From: Dehalococcoidia bacterium
GTDB taxonomy: Bacteria; Chloroflexota; Dehalococcoidia; UBA2979
Assembly: GCA_029941115.1 (NCBI GenBank)
Contig: JAPYRK010000002.1
Coordinates: 37,298-101,297 of the forward strand
Direction of reading: 5' to 3'
DNA length: 64,000 nucleotides
Shown here: in pieces, positions 1 through 9,883 of the stretch
Layout of the letters: each line of letters opens with the position of its first letter
How positions within the stretch are numbered: the first letter of the stretch is position 1
Program-made: the position numbers and the translations under genes
Notes under the pieces: generated by a model
The model's input: the letters and a program-made list of their open reading frames with translations, nothing else
What the model was told of the DNA's origin: nothing
The model's database searches: none

Positions 1-325
1 GAACCAGCACAATCGTAACTACTGCCGTGGCGAGAAGTACGCCCATTCCCTCGCTAAGACCGAAAACAGAGGTCGCCAAGGCGCCTGCTGTGGCGGCAAT
101 AGCCGTATTTGCCAGGTTGTTACCTAACAGTATTCCATTTAAAAGTCTCTTTGGTCGAGTTAAAAGCCTTTGAATCCTCCGTGCACTTATCTTATCCTTT
201 TCGGATCCGTCTTCGGCTAGGTAATCCAGCCTCGGTCGGGACATAGAAAGAAATGCTGTCTCCGAGGAAGAGAAAAAAGCCGACATTATCAAAAGTGCCA
301 AAAGAGCGGATAACTCTAACATCAT
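1..325 (-). CDS. CNNM/DUF21 (hemolysin/CorB-TlyC family) membrane protein, 5' part only; runs off the window
   Basis: Manual translation from ATG at 325: MMLELSALLALLIMSAFFSSSETAFLSMSRPRL...ILLGNNLANTA; the FFSxSETA and GNNLAN motifs are typical of DUF21. Not in the ORF track because it is truncated. Confidence 0.85.
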   Translation of the reverse strand, partial: MMLELSALLALLIMSAFFSSSETAFLSMSRPRLDYLAEDGSEKDKISARRIQRLLTRPKRLLNGILLGNNLANTAIAATAGALATSVFGLSEGMGVLLATAVVTIVLV

Positions 326-450
326 TTAATCAGTTACTTCTATCACTATTTTTTAACCAAAGCATTGTGCACAGCTCTGCTCTCTACCGAATTACATATC
401 TGAAACTGTAACAAATAACACAGCGCCTGTCCCCTTCGTTTACAGAGACA

Positions 451-1233
451 TCACCATCGACTCAACACTAGGTGGGTGTCAATTTTCTTTGATAAAACAA
501 TTGGAAATTCTCTTCTGGAAAAAAAAGAAGTCTCCGTGAGCGCGTTTGCAATAGCCTCGGCCGCATCTTGATAATCAGCCTTATGGACAACAACCGAAAA
601 TTCACAACTAATACGTTCAGCGATAACCCCATAAGTGCGCACTAAGACCTCGCTGATAGAAGTTGAATCTAGTTCTGTCAATCCACTCAAGCCTATTAAA
701 TCCAAAACCAATCTTATTTCATCTGGTCTGTGCACTGTTTCAGCAGTGATTGGAAGTCCGAGCGCATCGGCACCAACCAAACAAATCATGTGGGTAGTCG
801 AATCCGGCAATATCGGTTCTTCAAGTTTAGGTGCCTTGAATGGCCTCATCCTTGAGCCGTCAGCGTTGACAAGTACGGCAGCAACTTGCCTAAGCTGCGC
901 AAGCTGCGAAATCTGTCTACTATCAAGCGGACTAAATCGCCCTTTATCTCCGGGGTCGACGGAATTCGAAACCACTATAGTGCCTGGAGGAGGGACTGTA
1001 ATTCCTATGTTCATCGCATCTGTGAAAGACCACACTGCTGGAGTGGGTGTCCCAAGCGTAAATCGAGTCGTTCCGCAAATAATGATTGTGGCAGACAGAT
1101 CAGCTGCCATTGACGCAGCCAGTGAAAAAAGAATGGTGGTCTTCCCTCCTGCGCCTACTATAGAAATAACCGGGGTCTGATCACCTAGAGAATCTATATC
1201 AAGAAAATTATGTAAGGAATTATTAAGTTTCAA
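451..1233 (-). CDS. yqeC: YqeC-family selenium-dependent molybdenum hydroxylase accessory protein
   Basis: ISIVGAGGKTT P-loop, then TT, and (N)ADGSRMRPFKAP..EP.LP and VHRP motifs characteristic of YqeC. Confidence 0.8.
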   Translation of the reverse strand: MKLNNSLHNFLDIDSLGDQTPVISIVGAGGKTTILFSLAASMAADLSATIIICGTTRFTLGTPTPAVWSFTDAMNIGITVPPPGTIVVSNSVDPGDKGRFSPLDSRQISQLAQLRQVAAVLVNADGSRMRPFKAPKLEEPILPDSTTHMICLVGADALGLPITAETVHRPDEIRLVLDLIGLSGLTELDSTSISEVLVRTYGVIAERISCEFSVVVHKADYQDAAEAIANALTETSFFSRREFPIVLSKKIDTHLVLSRW

Positions 1234-1281
1234 TTCGAAGCACTCGCTAATCTAAAGTAGATTAATTAAGGATCCCAACTA

Positions 1282-1923
1282 ATGGCCGAAAAAATCATTC
1301 GCTCTGGAATAATACTAGCTGGTGGACGATCTCGGCGAATGGGAGTTGATAAGGCAAATTTAAAGTTCCACGATAAATCACTACTGGCGCATGTAACGTC
1401 CACCCTAAGCACGATCGAACGGCTTGAAGAAATATGTATAGTGAAAGCAAATAGACAGCAATTGCCTAATGACTTAACCGTTGATATTCCTACGGTGATA
1501 GTGGAAGATGAGATATCTGGCGAGGGACCACTAATTGGAATCGCTGCCGGTCTCAAAGCCACTAAAGGCAATATTTGTTTTATAGTTGCTGTCGATATGC
1601 CGTGGATTCAACAAAGCCTGCTTCTATATTTATCTCAAGTTCTGGAAACAGCCATCACAAATCAGCCAGAGAAAAATATAATGTGGGTTCTTCCAGAATC
1701 TAGTCACCCGCAACCATTGTGCTCGGTCATGCACCGCAACGCCCTGCCAATTATCGAAAGAGCAATTAGTAATTCTGCGCGTGCCCCTGGCCGTCTAGTT
1801 AAGGAACTAAATGCAATCAAAATAACGCGAGATAAGTGGATAACCTATGACCCCAACGAGCTCTCATTTCGTGACCTTGATACTCCAGCCGACTTAAAAA
1901 GGGCTTTAATAGAAAAAGCCTAG
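1282..1923 (+). CDS. mobA: Molybdenum cofactor guanylyltransferase
   Basis: ILAGGRSRRMGVDKA, GPLIGI, AVDMP, PQPLC and DLDTPAD motifs. Confidence 0.88.
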   Translation: MAEKIIRSGIILAGGRSRRMGVDKANLKFHDKSLLAHVTSTLSTIERLEEICIVKANRQQLPNDLTVDIPTVIVEDEISGEGPLIGIAAGLKATKGNICFIVAVDMPWIQQSLLLYLSQVLETAITNQPEKNIMWVLPESSHPQPLCSVMHRNALPIIERAISNSARAPGRLVKELNAIKITRDKWITYDPNELSFRDLDTPADLKRALIEKA

Positions 1924-1933
1924 GAGCGTAGTT

Positions 1934-2944
1934 TCACAGCGCTCTCGCCGGATCAAATGAATTATCAAGAACATCCGAAACTTTGCTATCGGTATCTTCC
2001 TCGAACTGACCATTCAAATCATTGATCAATAATTGAGTAACAATAATCTTGTACGAAATAGTTAAGGGGGTAAGCGCAAAAAGGTATATTGGCATAATCA
2101 ATAGCAGCCCCGCAAACCCAATTAGAGATACGAACGGCAAGATAACTAAAAACTGAACTGATTCTACTATCAGTAACCAAAATGCAATGGTGCGAAAAAG
2201 CTTCCGAGCCCAGCTGAAAGACATGGAAAAATTTACCTTTAATCCAAATTTTTTGAAAATAATAAGAGGTAACCAGAAAAATGTCGTGTAGCTCCAGCTC
2301 AGCAAAATTATCTCGCCTAGCAGTAGTAGAAAACTACTCTCACCTGTACCAAAAAAAGTTGACATTCGCAACAAAACGGCCCAGTGGCTACCCGAAGCCA
2401 AGCTGATCGAAGGTAAATTCATTGTCTCACTTGCCTCAGATATTTCTATAGCAGCCCTACAATAGCTTGCAATTTCAGGCCATGAATCTATCGAAGTCAG
2501 GCTAATTGTGCCAAGAATAACTATATTCGCAATCACGGAATAGAAAATAATAGCAGGAGCTGCGGACATACTTATAAAAAAGACTTCTCTAAACTTAAAC
2601 TCTAAACCTCTATATTTTCGGATAAGTGCAGCAGCGAGCGAGCTTAGTGCGAAATTCCAGATGATTAGCCCGACCACGGATATGGCGCCAAATATGACTG
2701 CCACTGATGAACAAGAAATTTCTTCGTTTTCAACAGTATCTAGACCAGAAAACGCTGCCACAGAAAAAATTACTATAAAACTTGACACTACTATCCCGAC
2801 AACACCCAATGGCAACAGAACCAGTGTCTTAAGTTCGCTGCGTAACAACTTAATCGCATTGCTCAAGTTAGAGCGATGGCTCACGCGTGGACTGGGCTCC
2901 CTCGGCCGTTCGTCTTGAACTTGGTTATCTGAAAAATCATGCAC
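1934..2944 (-). CDS. Hypothetical polytopic membrane protein (about 6 TM)
   Basis: 336-aa ORF with several long hydrophobic segments; no family motif recognised. Confidence 0.65.
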   Translation of the reverse strand: MHDFSDNQVQDERPREPSPRVSHRSNLSNAIKLLRSELKTLVLLPLGVVGIVVSSFIVIFSVAAFSGLDTVENEEISCSSVAVIFGAISVVGLIIWNFALSSLAAALIRKYRGLEFKFREVFFISMSAAPAIIFYSVIANIVILGTISLTSIDSWPEIASYCRAAIEISEASETMNLPSISLASGSHWAVLLRMSTFFGTGESSFLLLLGEIILLSWSYTTFFWLPLIIFKKFGLKVNFSMSFSWARKLFRTIAFWLLIVESVQFLVILPFVSLIGFAGLLLIMPIYLFALTPLTISYKIIVTQLLINDLNGQFEEDTDSKVSDVLDNSFDPARAL

Positions 2945-3023
2945 CCGATAAGTCTAACCATATAGCTCTCTACCCAAGAGTATGTTCTAGACCCCAAATA
3001 GTGTTCACGGGTATCATTACAAC

Positions 3024-4142
3024 ATGAATCTTGTTATACCAGAGCTATTTACTTGGAAAGAAACTATCTATTCCCTGATAACGTTGTTGTGCTTTGCAAT
3101 TGCGGGCATCGTGATTTCTTGGGCAATAAATCGATACGTTCATAAATGGGTCGGTGGCACTTCAAATAATTACGACGATCTGATTTTACAAGCAGTTCGG
3201 GGTCCGATTACATGGGAGCTAATTCTCTTTGGATTGCTTTTCACCACTCAAACAACATCCTATATCGGCGATGTCGCAGCGGAGGCCACTTTCAGCGTTA
3301 TTCAAGCGCTGATGATAGTTGTTGCTGCCCTCGGGCTAAAAAATATAATTACCGGACTAATAGAGGAGTTTGCGACAAAACCCCAGTCGGCACCTGAGGA
3401 AGATTTCCAAATATCTGATCTAGTAGATGCGAAGGCTCTCCCCTTTTGGAGAAGACTCTTCAACGTCGTCATTATTTCGCTGGGTGTTCTCTTTGTTTTT
3501 CAGGCGCTTGGAGTCCAGATATCACCAATTCTTGCGGGGCTAGGAATTGGTGGGATCGCGGTAGCTCTCGCGATTCAACCCCTACTTTCAAACCTCATCG
3601 CCTCCTCCTTCATGCTGTCAGATTCCTCGCTCCGCGTTGGAGATTTGATCGAGATCGAAGGTACGACTTTTGGATACGTTGATGATATCGGCTGGCGAGC
3701 GACACGAGTCCGGACCTTTGACAACAATATAGTGATGATCCCAAACGCTACTCTCGCTAACTCAACAGTCACAAATTTTGATAGTACTGATCCCGCCGCT
3801 GACGCGCGCCTCGTTGTTGGTGTCGCATATGAAGTCGATCTGGACCACGTGGAACAAGTTTGTCGAGAAATCCTTGAATCTTTAAAAAGTGATTTTGTCG
3901 AAATCACAATTACTGAAAGAGATCCAGTCGTGATGTTCACTGCTTTCGGTGATTCAAATATCGATATTCTTCTAAAAATAAGGTCTAAAACTCTAGCCGA
4001 CTCTTACACCCTCAAACACGAACTGCTTAAGCGAACTCACAAGCGATTCCAAGAGGAAAATATCGTTATTAACTATCCAGCTCGTCGCCTCATCCTTGAA
4101 GAGGGCGATACGACCGGACTAATTAGATCACCAAATATGTAA
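3024..4142 (+). CDS. mscS: Small-conductance mechanosensitive channel (MscS family)
   Basis: LAGLGIGGIAVALAIQ TM3, then GDLIEIEG..GYVDDIGWRATRVRT..NNIVMIPN and FGDSNI. Confidence 0.92.
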   Translation: MNLVIPELFTWKETIYSLITLLCFAIAGIVISWAINRYVHKWVGGTSNNYDDLILQAVRGPITWELILFGLLFTTQTTSYIGDVAAEATFSVIQALMIVVAALGLKNIITGLIEEFATKPQSAPEEDFQISDLVDAKALPFWRRLFNVVIISLGVLFVFQALGVQISPILAGLGIGGIAVALAIQPLLSNLIASSFMLSDSSLRVGDLIEIEGTTFGYVDDIGWRATRVRTFDNNIVMIPNATLANSTVTNFDSTDPAADARLVVGVAYEVDLDHVEQVCREILESLKSDFVEITITERDPVVMFTAFGDSNIDILLKIRSKTLADSYTLKHELLKRTHKRFQEENIVINYPARRLILEEGDTTGLIRSPNM

Positions 4143-4160
4143 ACGAAATATTCCTAGCCT

Positions 4161-4673
4161 ATGTGCGAAAAAAGCTGGAGAGACTACCTCTACTTAAGTA
4201 ATGAGAATTTAGAAAAGTACTGTTCGATTGAGGCGTTCAGAGTGCCCGGCCCCGGCGGTCAGAAAAAGAATGTGACCAATTCAGCTGTTCGAATAAAACT
4301 GAAAAACAATAAAGAAATTGAAGCTATTGCATCAGAATCGAGGTCACAACACCAGAACAAACTCAAAGCTATAAAACGCCTTAGGCTAGCAATAGCAGTG
4401 AAACTAAGATCTGATGTAGCAAGCACAGCTCTAGACGATCTACAAAAAAATAATTACCTATTAATCAATCCAAAGAATTCAATGTTTCCAATTACCACTG
4501 CGATCCTCTTCGATCTACTCGAATCGAAAGCCTGGGATCATCAACGATTGGCCAGAGATTTTAACATCAGAATAAATCCTTTGATTCGTACTTTAAAAAA
4601 AGACCGTACAGTGTGGCGAGCCTTGACCGAGGAGAAAAGCAAGACTAATCTTCGTCATTCCGGAAATTCTTGA
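4161..4673 (+). CDS. Peptide chain release factor-like (RF-1 GGQ domain) protein; putative codon-independent peptidyl-tRNA hydrolase
   Basis: GPGGQKKNVTNSAVRI and SESRSQHQNKLKA; lacks the stop-codon recognition domains. Confidence 0.8.
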   Translation: MCEKSWRDYLYLSNENLEKYCSIEAFRVPGPGGQKKNVTNSAVRIKLKNNKEIEAIASESRSQHQNKLKAIKRLRLAIAVKLRSDVASTALDDLQKNNYLLINPKNSMFPITTAILFDLLESKAWDHQRLARDFNIRINPLIRTLKKDRTVWRALTEEKSKTNLRHSGNS

Positions 4674-4738
4674 AGCCAAATACAGCTTTTTGTATTAGTA
4701 AAGGGTATTCTTGTAAGAGAGAAAAGGACTTCTGAACA

Positions 4739-5800
4739 ATGCCTAAAGTGCAATTAGTTGGTGCAACGGGATATGGCGGCTTGGGGATGCTGGAATTAAT
4801 TCTTGCACACCCGGACTTTGAAATTAGTGGTCTAGTTGCACGAGACGTCAGATCTGGTCGAAAAATTTCTGACATCTATCCCCACCTTGTTGGAAGGTGC
4901 GATCTCGAAATTACAACTGTGGACCAAGTAAACATAGGCGACGACGCCGATATAGTTGTTTTCTCTACACCTGATGGTGTCTCACAACAGTACGCAGAGA
5001 ATTTATATGATAAAAAAATTCGATTTATTGACTACTCGGGAGATTTTCGATTCGAGTCTCAAGTGGATTATGCAAGCTATGCTGGAAAGCATCCTTCAAT
5101 CCAAAATGCCGTCCACCAAACACCGAGCTTGCTAAACGCTGCGGCATACGGGGTCTCTGAACTGAATCAACAGGCAATCTCAAATTCAACTATAGTCGGC
5201 AATCCAGGATGCTTCGCTATTGGCATTATTTTAGGACTAGCTCCTCTTTTTAAGCAGAATCTAGTTACGGAGCAAACCGCATCAGTGGATGGATTAACAG
5301 GCTCTTCTGGTGCCGGGAAAAAACCTGCACCGTTACAACATTTTTCACACCTTAATGATAATGTAATCCCCTATCGCGTCATGTCCCATCAACATACAGT
5401 TGAAGCGGAAATAACCTTAGGGCATCTTGGTAACGGCTCACGAGCTACTATAGATTTTATTCCCCACCTTCTGGGAACCACTAGAGGAATACTCAACACC
5501 ATGCATATCAGTTTGAACAAAACTTTAACTCGAGAGAATTTGCTAAGTATTCTCGGCGAATTTTACCGCAATAATGAGTTTGTCAGAGTTCTAGAGACCG
5601 CACCAACTCTCAAGGACACCATCTCATCAAATTACTGTGATATATCTGGATTTATCTCTGATGATGGTAAGCGTGCTGTAATTATCACAAGTATTGATAA
5701 TTTAATGAAGGGTCAATCAGGATCGGCGCTGCAAAACATGAATCTTATGTTTGGCTACAAAGAAAAAACTGGGCTCGAACGGGGACCACTCTACCCATAA
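4739..5800 (+). CDS. argC: N-acetyl-gamma-glutamyl-phosphate reductase
   Basis: GATGYGG Rossmann motif, GNPGC catalytic Cys, SGAGK, HQH and IDNLMKGQSG. Confidence 0.93.
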   Translation: MPKVQLVGATGYGGLGMLELILAHPDFEISGLVARDVRSGRKISDIYPHLVGRCDLEITTVDQVNIGDDADIVVFSTPDGVSQQYAENLYDKKIRFIDYSGDFRFESQVDYASYAGKHPSIQNAVHQTPSLLNAAAYGVSELNQQAISNSTIVGNPGCFAIGIILGLAPLFKQNLVTEQTASVDGLTGSSGAGKKPAPLQHFSHLNDNVIPYRVMSHQHTVEAEITLGHLGNGSRATIDFIPHLLGTTRGILNTMHISLNKTLTRENLLSILGEFYRNNEFVRVLETAPTLKDTISSNYCDISGFISDDGKRAVIITSIDNLMKGQSGSALQNMNLMFGYKEKTGLERGPLYP

Positions 5801-5858
5801 ACATAAAAGTCATGAAACCATAATATTGACAGCTTACAGAAGCCGCTAACATAGGCAT

Positions 5859-7298
5859 ATGGCACTACCCCCACAATTTGACCAGCCAGCTGGCGACCTC
5901 ACAAAGCGAATAGATACCGCTATTGATATTGGCCAAGCAAAATTATTTCGAGTTCTTTGGTTCGCGCTGCCACCTCAATCAATCGCTCGGAATTTAGGCT
6001 TTCAAGCTTTACTAGTTTCCCGCTTTCTCTCAGATATTGCATTACAAGCATTATTGTTTGCAGCACTGATTAATTCAGCGCAAAATCAAGGCGATGAAGG
6101 TGATGCGGCCTTGATAGGCATATGCTTCCTTCTGCCGGGATTGGTTCTGGGCCTATGGGGCGGAGCTGTCGCTGATGCTCTGCCCAAACGACTGGTCCTC
6201 ACCATTGCTTATCTACTAATGGGATCAATATGCTTCATATTACCTATCAGTTTTGGAGTGAACTCTACAAGTCTTCTTATGGTTCTCTTACTTGTCCGAG
6301 TTCTCCACCAAATTACCCAACCAGCCGAAGCTTCTGCTGCGCCACTGGTCGCGAATGATGAAGAGTTAGCTTCGGCAAATTCCTTCTTATCACTTAGCTC
6401 ATCGGCTGGCGAAGTACTGGGAAAAGCCATACTAGCACCCATATTTATTAGTGTTTGGGGCCTCAATTCAGTCACCCTGATGGCGGGAATATTATTCCTA
6501 CTATCATCGCTTCGGATTACGAGGTTTACCCCGAACTCGGACGTGGTCCTAAATAAAAGAAATGACGCGAATCAGAGAAAAAAGCCTGAACAATCTACCG
6601 AAGCTACTTCACGTAGTATGCAGTTTTCAACTCATCAGAAATATACTAGTCTCGACGCGGTTAGGTGGCTGTTTTCTGAAAAAGACACGCTATTGATGCT
6701 TTTGTTGGCCGCGATGGCTTCTACTGTCGGGGTGGTTCTGACGATTTTAGGACCCAAATATGTAATCAGTGCTCTCGGGGTACCACCAGAGTACGCATTT
6801 TATGTATTTGCACCGGCATCCCTCGGAGTCATAGCAGGAATGTTGATAGCACCTAAACTAATACATGCATTTTCTGAGAACTCTGTTGGAATGCTAGGTT
6901 TTCTTCTTGTTGCGCTTGGTGTCTCATCGCTGGGCCAAATAGAAGCTGCTAACAATTTAGCTCAACTTTTTTTAATAGTTGATATCCCACGGATTAACGA
7001 TCAGACTGAAACTGCCGGAGCCTTATCTCTATTCATCGGCTTGGGAATAACACTAGCAGCAGCAGCCACTCAAACTTACATCGGTAAATTTGTACCAATT
7101 GTAATTCATGGGAGAATATTCGCACTACTAGGAGTGTTAAAAGACGGACTGGCGATACCACAACTAATAGCTATCGGCATCTTGGCCAACTTTATCGGCG
7201 TTGAGAATGTTCTTACATTTGCCCCAATAGCGATCCTAGTCGTAGCTGGCACCTTTCTTTTCATAACTAGACAGAATCGATTTAGAAAAAATAACTAA
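5859..7298 (+). CDS. MFS transporter (H+ antiporter/DHA3-like)
   Basis: About 12 TM; GAVADALPKR motif A-like loop; HGRIFA in the C-terminal half. Confidence 0.85.
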   Translation: MALPPQFDQPAGDLTKRIDTAIDIGQAKLFRVLWFALPPQSIARNLGFQALLVSRFLSDIALQALLFAALINSAQNQGDEGDAALIGICFLLPGLVLGLWGGAVADALPKRLVLTIAYLLMGSICFILPISFGVNSTSLLMVLLLVRVLHQITQPAEASAAPLVANDEELASANSFLSLSSSAGEVLGKAILAPIFISVWGLNSVTLMAGILFLLSSLRITRFTPNSDVVLNKRNDANQRKKPEQSTEATSRSMQFSTHQKYTSLDAVRWLFSEKDTLLMLLLAAMASTVGVVLTILGPKYVISALGVPPEYAFYVFAPASLGVIAGMLIAPKLIHAFSENSVGMLGFLLVALGVSSLGQIEAANNLAQLFLIVDIPRINDQTETAGALSLFIGLGITLAAAATQTYIGKFVPIVIHGRIFALLGVLKDGLAIPQLIAIGILANFIGVENVLTFAPIAILVVAGTFLFITRQNRFRKNN

Positions 7299-7362
7299 AT
7301 TCAAGTGGACGGGTTAACCTCTGTAAAGATAAAACCTGTGCGCCCATGGTGAATTAATTCAT

Positions 7363-8922
7363 ATGCCTGAAAACTTAGTCACTGATCCATCTTACCAAGC
7401 GACGAAGAAAAAGCCCCTTATCTACTACGGTTACTGGATAACTATGGGTGCGTTTTTTGCTCAGCTAGTCTCCGTAGGAACACAAAATGGCGTGACGAGC
7501 ACGATGCTTGACTCAATGAGTAATGAGTTCGATTGGGAAAGATCTCAGTTTTTACTGGGACAAACCGGATCCCGTATAACGATGGCCTTCGTAGGATTCA
7601 TTATTGGTGGATGGATAGACAAATGGGGTGGGCGACCCTTGATGGTAGCCGGAGTTACTATCGTCGGGCTATCAATGTTTCTCACTAGTGCCATCAGAGA
7701 TATCACTTTTCTGGGAAAAGAAATTTCACCTCTAACCCAGTGGCTCATTCTTCGGTCGGTGACATTCACCGTAGGCGCAGCAATGATTGGAAACCTAGTA
7801 GTCAACGTAACTCTAGCCAAATGGTGGGTTGGAAGACGCGGCCTCATGATAGCTTCGGCTGCGACCGGTGTATCCATAGCCGGAGTAATCTACCCATTGC
7901 TAACGGCAACTATTATCGAAACCTGGGGCTGGCGAGAAGCGTGGCAAGTGCATGCGGTTATCGCTTGGATCATCGTCTATCTAGCGGCGATGGTAATGAG
8001 ACGGCAGCCTGAAGACTATGGGTTAAATCCGGATAATCGTACCGCCCAAGAAATGCAAGAAGCATCCGGATCTCTGGTTCGTGCGGACTTCGAAAACTCG
8101 TTCACGCGAGCTGAAGCGCTGCGCACACCCTCACTTTACTTGCTAGTATTGGCTTTCGGAACGGCTGGCATCGGCATAACCGTGGCTCTTTCACTGCTGG
8201 TTCCTCTTGCTACAGACGCTGGATTTTCACTAATGGTTGCGGCCACGCTCACCGCAACAATGTCGCTGTGGGCAGCACTCTCGAAACCTTTTTGGGGCTA
8301 TATGATCGATCACTTCGATCCCAAGAAACTAGCCTGTCTGGGGTTCACGGTCGCCGGTATTGGTTTCTTGGTCGTAGCTTTCGGAAGTCAAATGCCTGAC
8401 CAGCCAACAGTAAACTACCCAATCGAGTTTTGGAAATTCAGAGGGGAGCTACCTTTAATACTTCTATTGGGCTGCACCTTGATTGGCGTGGGATTTGGAG
8501 GGCAAATCCCCCTACAAGAGACAATCTGGGGTTCATTCTTTGGGAGACGATACCTTGGTGCCGTGAGAAGTGTAGGTATGCCTTTCTCAATTCTTTTTGG
8601 CGCCGTCGCAGCGCCAGGTGCGGCTTATTGGGCGGAAGTTCGAGGAGGTCTTGATGCCCCATTTATTGCGACAGCTATATGTTGGTTTGTCGGAGCTGTA
8701 CTGGTCTTATTTATTCCAAAGCCATCAAAAAACGTCGAAACATCTGAAAGTAAAACCGATACGGTAAATCCAAATATCAACATCTTAGGATCTGAAGACA
8801 CTATTACTGAATTCACTGCACCCGAGAGAGAATCTCCTATTTCAAGCTCCGACCGAACGCAGCTATCTCGATTATCAGAGCGAAATCGTAAACACAGGAA
8901 CTACATGGGTAGGAAAGACTGA
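7363..8922 (+). CDS. MFS transporter (oxalate/formate antiporter or monocarboxylate-like)
   Basis: YYGYWI N-terminus, GGWIDKWGGR motif A, KWWVGRRG, WGWREAW, PEDYGLNPD and FFGRRYLG. Confidence 0.88.
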   Translation: MPENLVTDPSYQATKKKPLIYYGYWITMGAFFAQLVSVGTQNGVTSTMLDSMSNEFDWERSQFLLGQTGSRITMAFVGFIIGGWIDKWGGRPLMVAGVTIVGLSMFLTSAIRDITFLGKEISPLTQWLILRSVTFTVGAAMIGNLVVNVTLAKWWVGRRGLMIASAATGVSIAGVIYPLLTATIIETWGWREAWQVHAVIAWIIVYLAAMVMRRQPEDYGLNPDNRTAQEMQEASGSLVRADFENSFTRAEALRTPSLYLLVLAFGTAGIGITVALSLLVPLATDAGFSLMVAATLTATMSLWAALSKPFWGYMIDHFDPKKLACLGFTVAGIGFLVVAFGSQMPDQPTVNYPIEFWKFRGELPLILLLGCTLIGVGFGGQIPLQETIWGSFFGRRYLGAVRSVGMPFSILFGAVAAPGAAYWAEVRGGLDAPFIATAICWFVGAVLVLFIPKPSKNVETSESKTDTVNPNINILGSEDTITEFTAPERESPISSSDRTQLSRLSERNRKHRNYMGRKD

Positions 8923-8934
8923 ATATCAGACAAA

Positions 8935-8960
8935 AATATTGTTTCTATAGAAACAATATT
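8935..8960. promoter_or_regulatory. Perfect 26-bp palindrome (candidate operator or hairpin)
   Basis: AATATTGTTTCTATAGAAACAATATT equals its own reverse complement; intergenic, 55 nt upstream of the PPOX gene. Confidence 0.5.
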
Positions 8961-9015
8961 ATGAACAAGCTATTATTAAGTATCTCTAAAACTCAGAAAC
9001 AGGACCGAGGAAACT

Positions 9016-9489
9016 ATGCCTAGCAGAAGAAACGCGATCGCGTTAACCCCACAAGAAATCAGAACGCTTATGGAAACTGAACGAGTAGTCCAGGTCGCAA
9101 GCATCAATCCGGATGGAACGCCCCATCTCGCACCAATGTGGTTTGTGTTAGGTGATGATGACAGCATATCCTTCACCACGTACGGACGGTCTCAAAAAAT
9201 CAAGAATCTAGAAAGAGATAGTCGGGTTACATTGTTAGCTGAGGCGGGTCATGAATATAATGAGATAACAGGGGTTTCCATTGATGGCATAGCAGAGGTC
9301 ATTCGTGAACCGAAACAAACTGCTAATATCATGAGATTAGTTGGCCTGAAGCACAGCGATCAAATGACCAATCGAACGATTGATACTAACTCCGATAGTG
9401 ATGAAGAGCTTCCGCCTGTGGCCTACAAACGAGTTGTTGTCAAAATCACTCCAAAGCGTTACCGATCGTGGGATCATGGCAAGGTTTAA
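9016..9489 (+). CDS. Pyridoxamine 5'-phosphate oxidase-like split-barrel protein, probably an F420/flavin-dependent oxidoreductase
   Basis: VASINPDGTPHLAPMWF, SQKIKNLERDSRVTLL and C-terminal SWDHGK. Confidence 0.85.
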   Translation: MPSRRNAIALTPQEIRTLMETERVVQVASINPDGTPHLAPMWFVLGDDDSISFTTYGRSQKIKNLERDSRVTLLAEAGHEYNEITGVSIDGIAEVIREPKQTANIMRLVGLKHSDQMTNRTIDTNSDSDEELPPVAYKRVVVKITPKRYRSWDHGKV

Positions 9490-9777
9490 ATGCCCGCTGA
9501 GCTAGGGGCTAAGTCCGACGTCGCAATAGATAACAAATTAAGCTCGTTAAATCCAGTAGCGCTTGTCCTACACGATGATGATATTAATTCAATGGATCAC
9601 GTAGTTCAGACGCTAGTTTCAAATATCCCTGAAATTACATTGGAAGAAGCGCTCGAAAAAATGCTCAAAGCACACAACTTTGGAGCTGTAATTCTGGTGA
9701 AATGTCCTCTCGAACGAGCAGAACTTTATCAGCAACGCCTAACAAAAAATAATTTGATAACGACTATCCAAGCCTAA
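9490..9777 (+). CDS. clpS: ATP-dependent Clp protease adaptor ClpS
   Basis: LHDDDINSMDHVV, MLKAHNFG and CPLERAELYQQRL. Confidence 0.82.
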   Translation: MPAELGAKSDVAIDNKLSSLNPVALVLHDDDINSMDHVVQTLVSNIPEITLEEALEKMLKAHNFGAVILVKCPLERAELYQQRLTKNNLITTIQA

Positions 9778-9883
9778 GATATCCTTTGCACATATTGCTA
9801 GCTAACCAACTTGACCATATTCCTGATTGAGTAGTTACAATCTGACGGTAGATGTTAAAACCTATTTATGGAAGGGGTACAAA

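Noticed and set aside
345..453. Possible selenocysteine read-through of the yqeC TGA
   Set aside because: The stop falls at the normal YqeC length, the extension has no recognisable homology, and I see no convincing SECIS.
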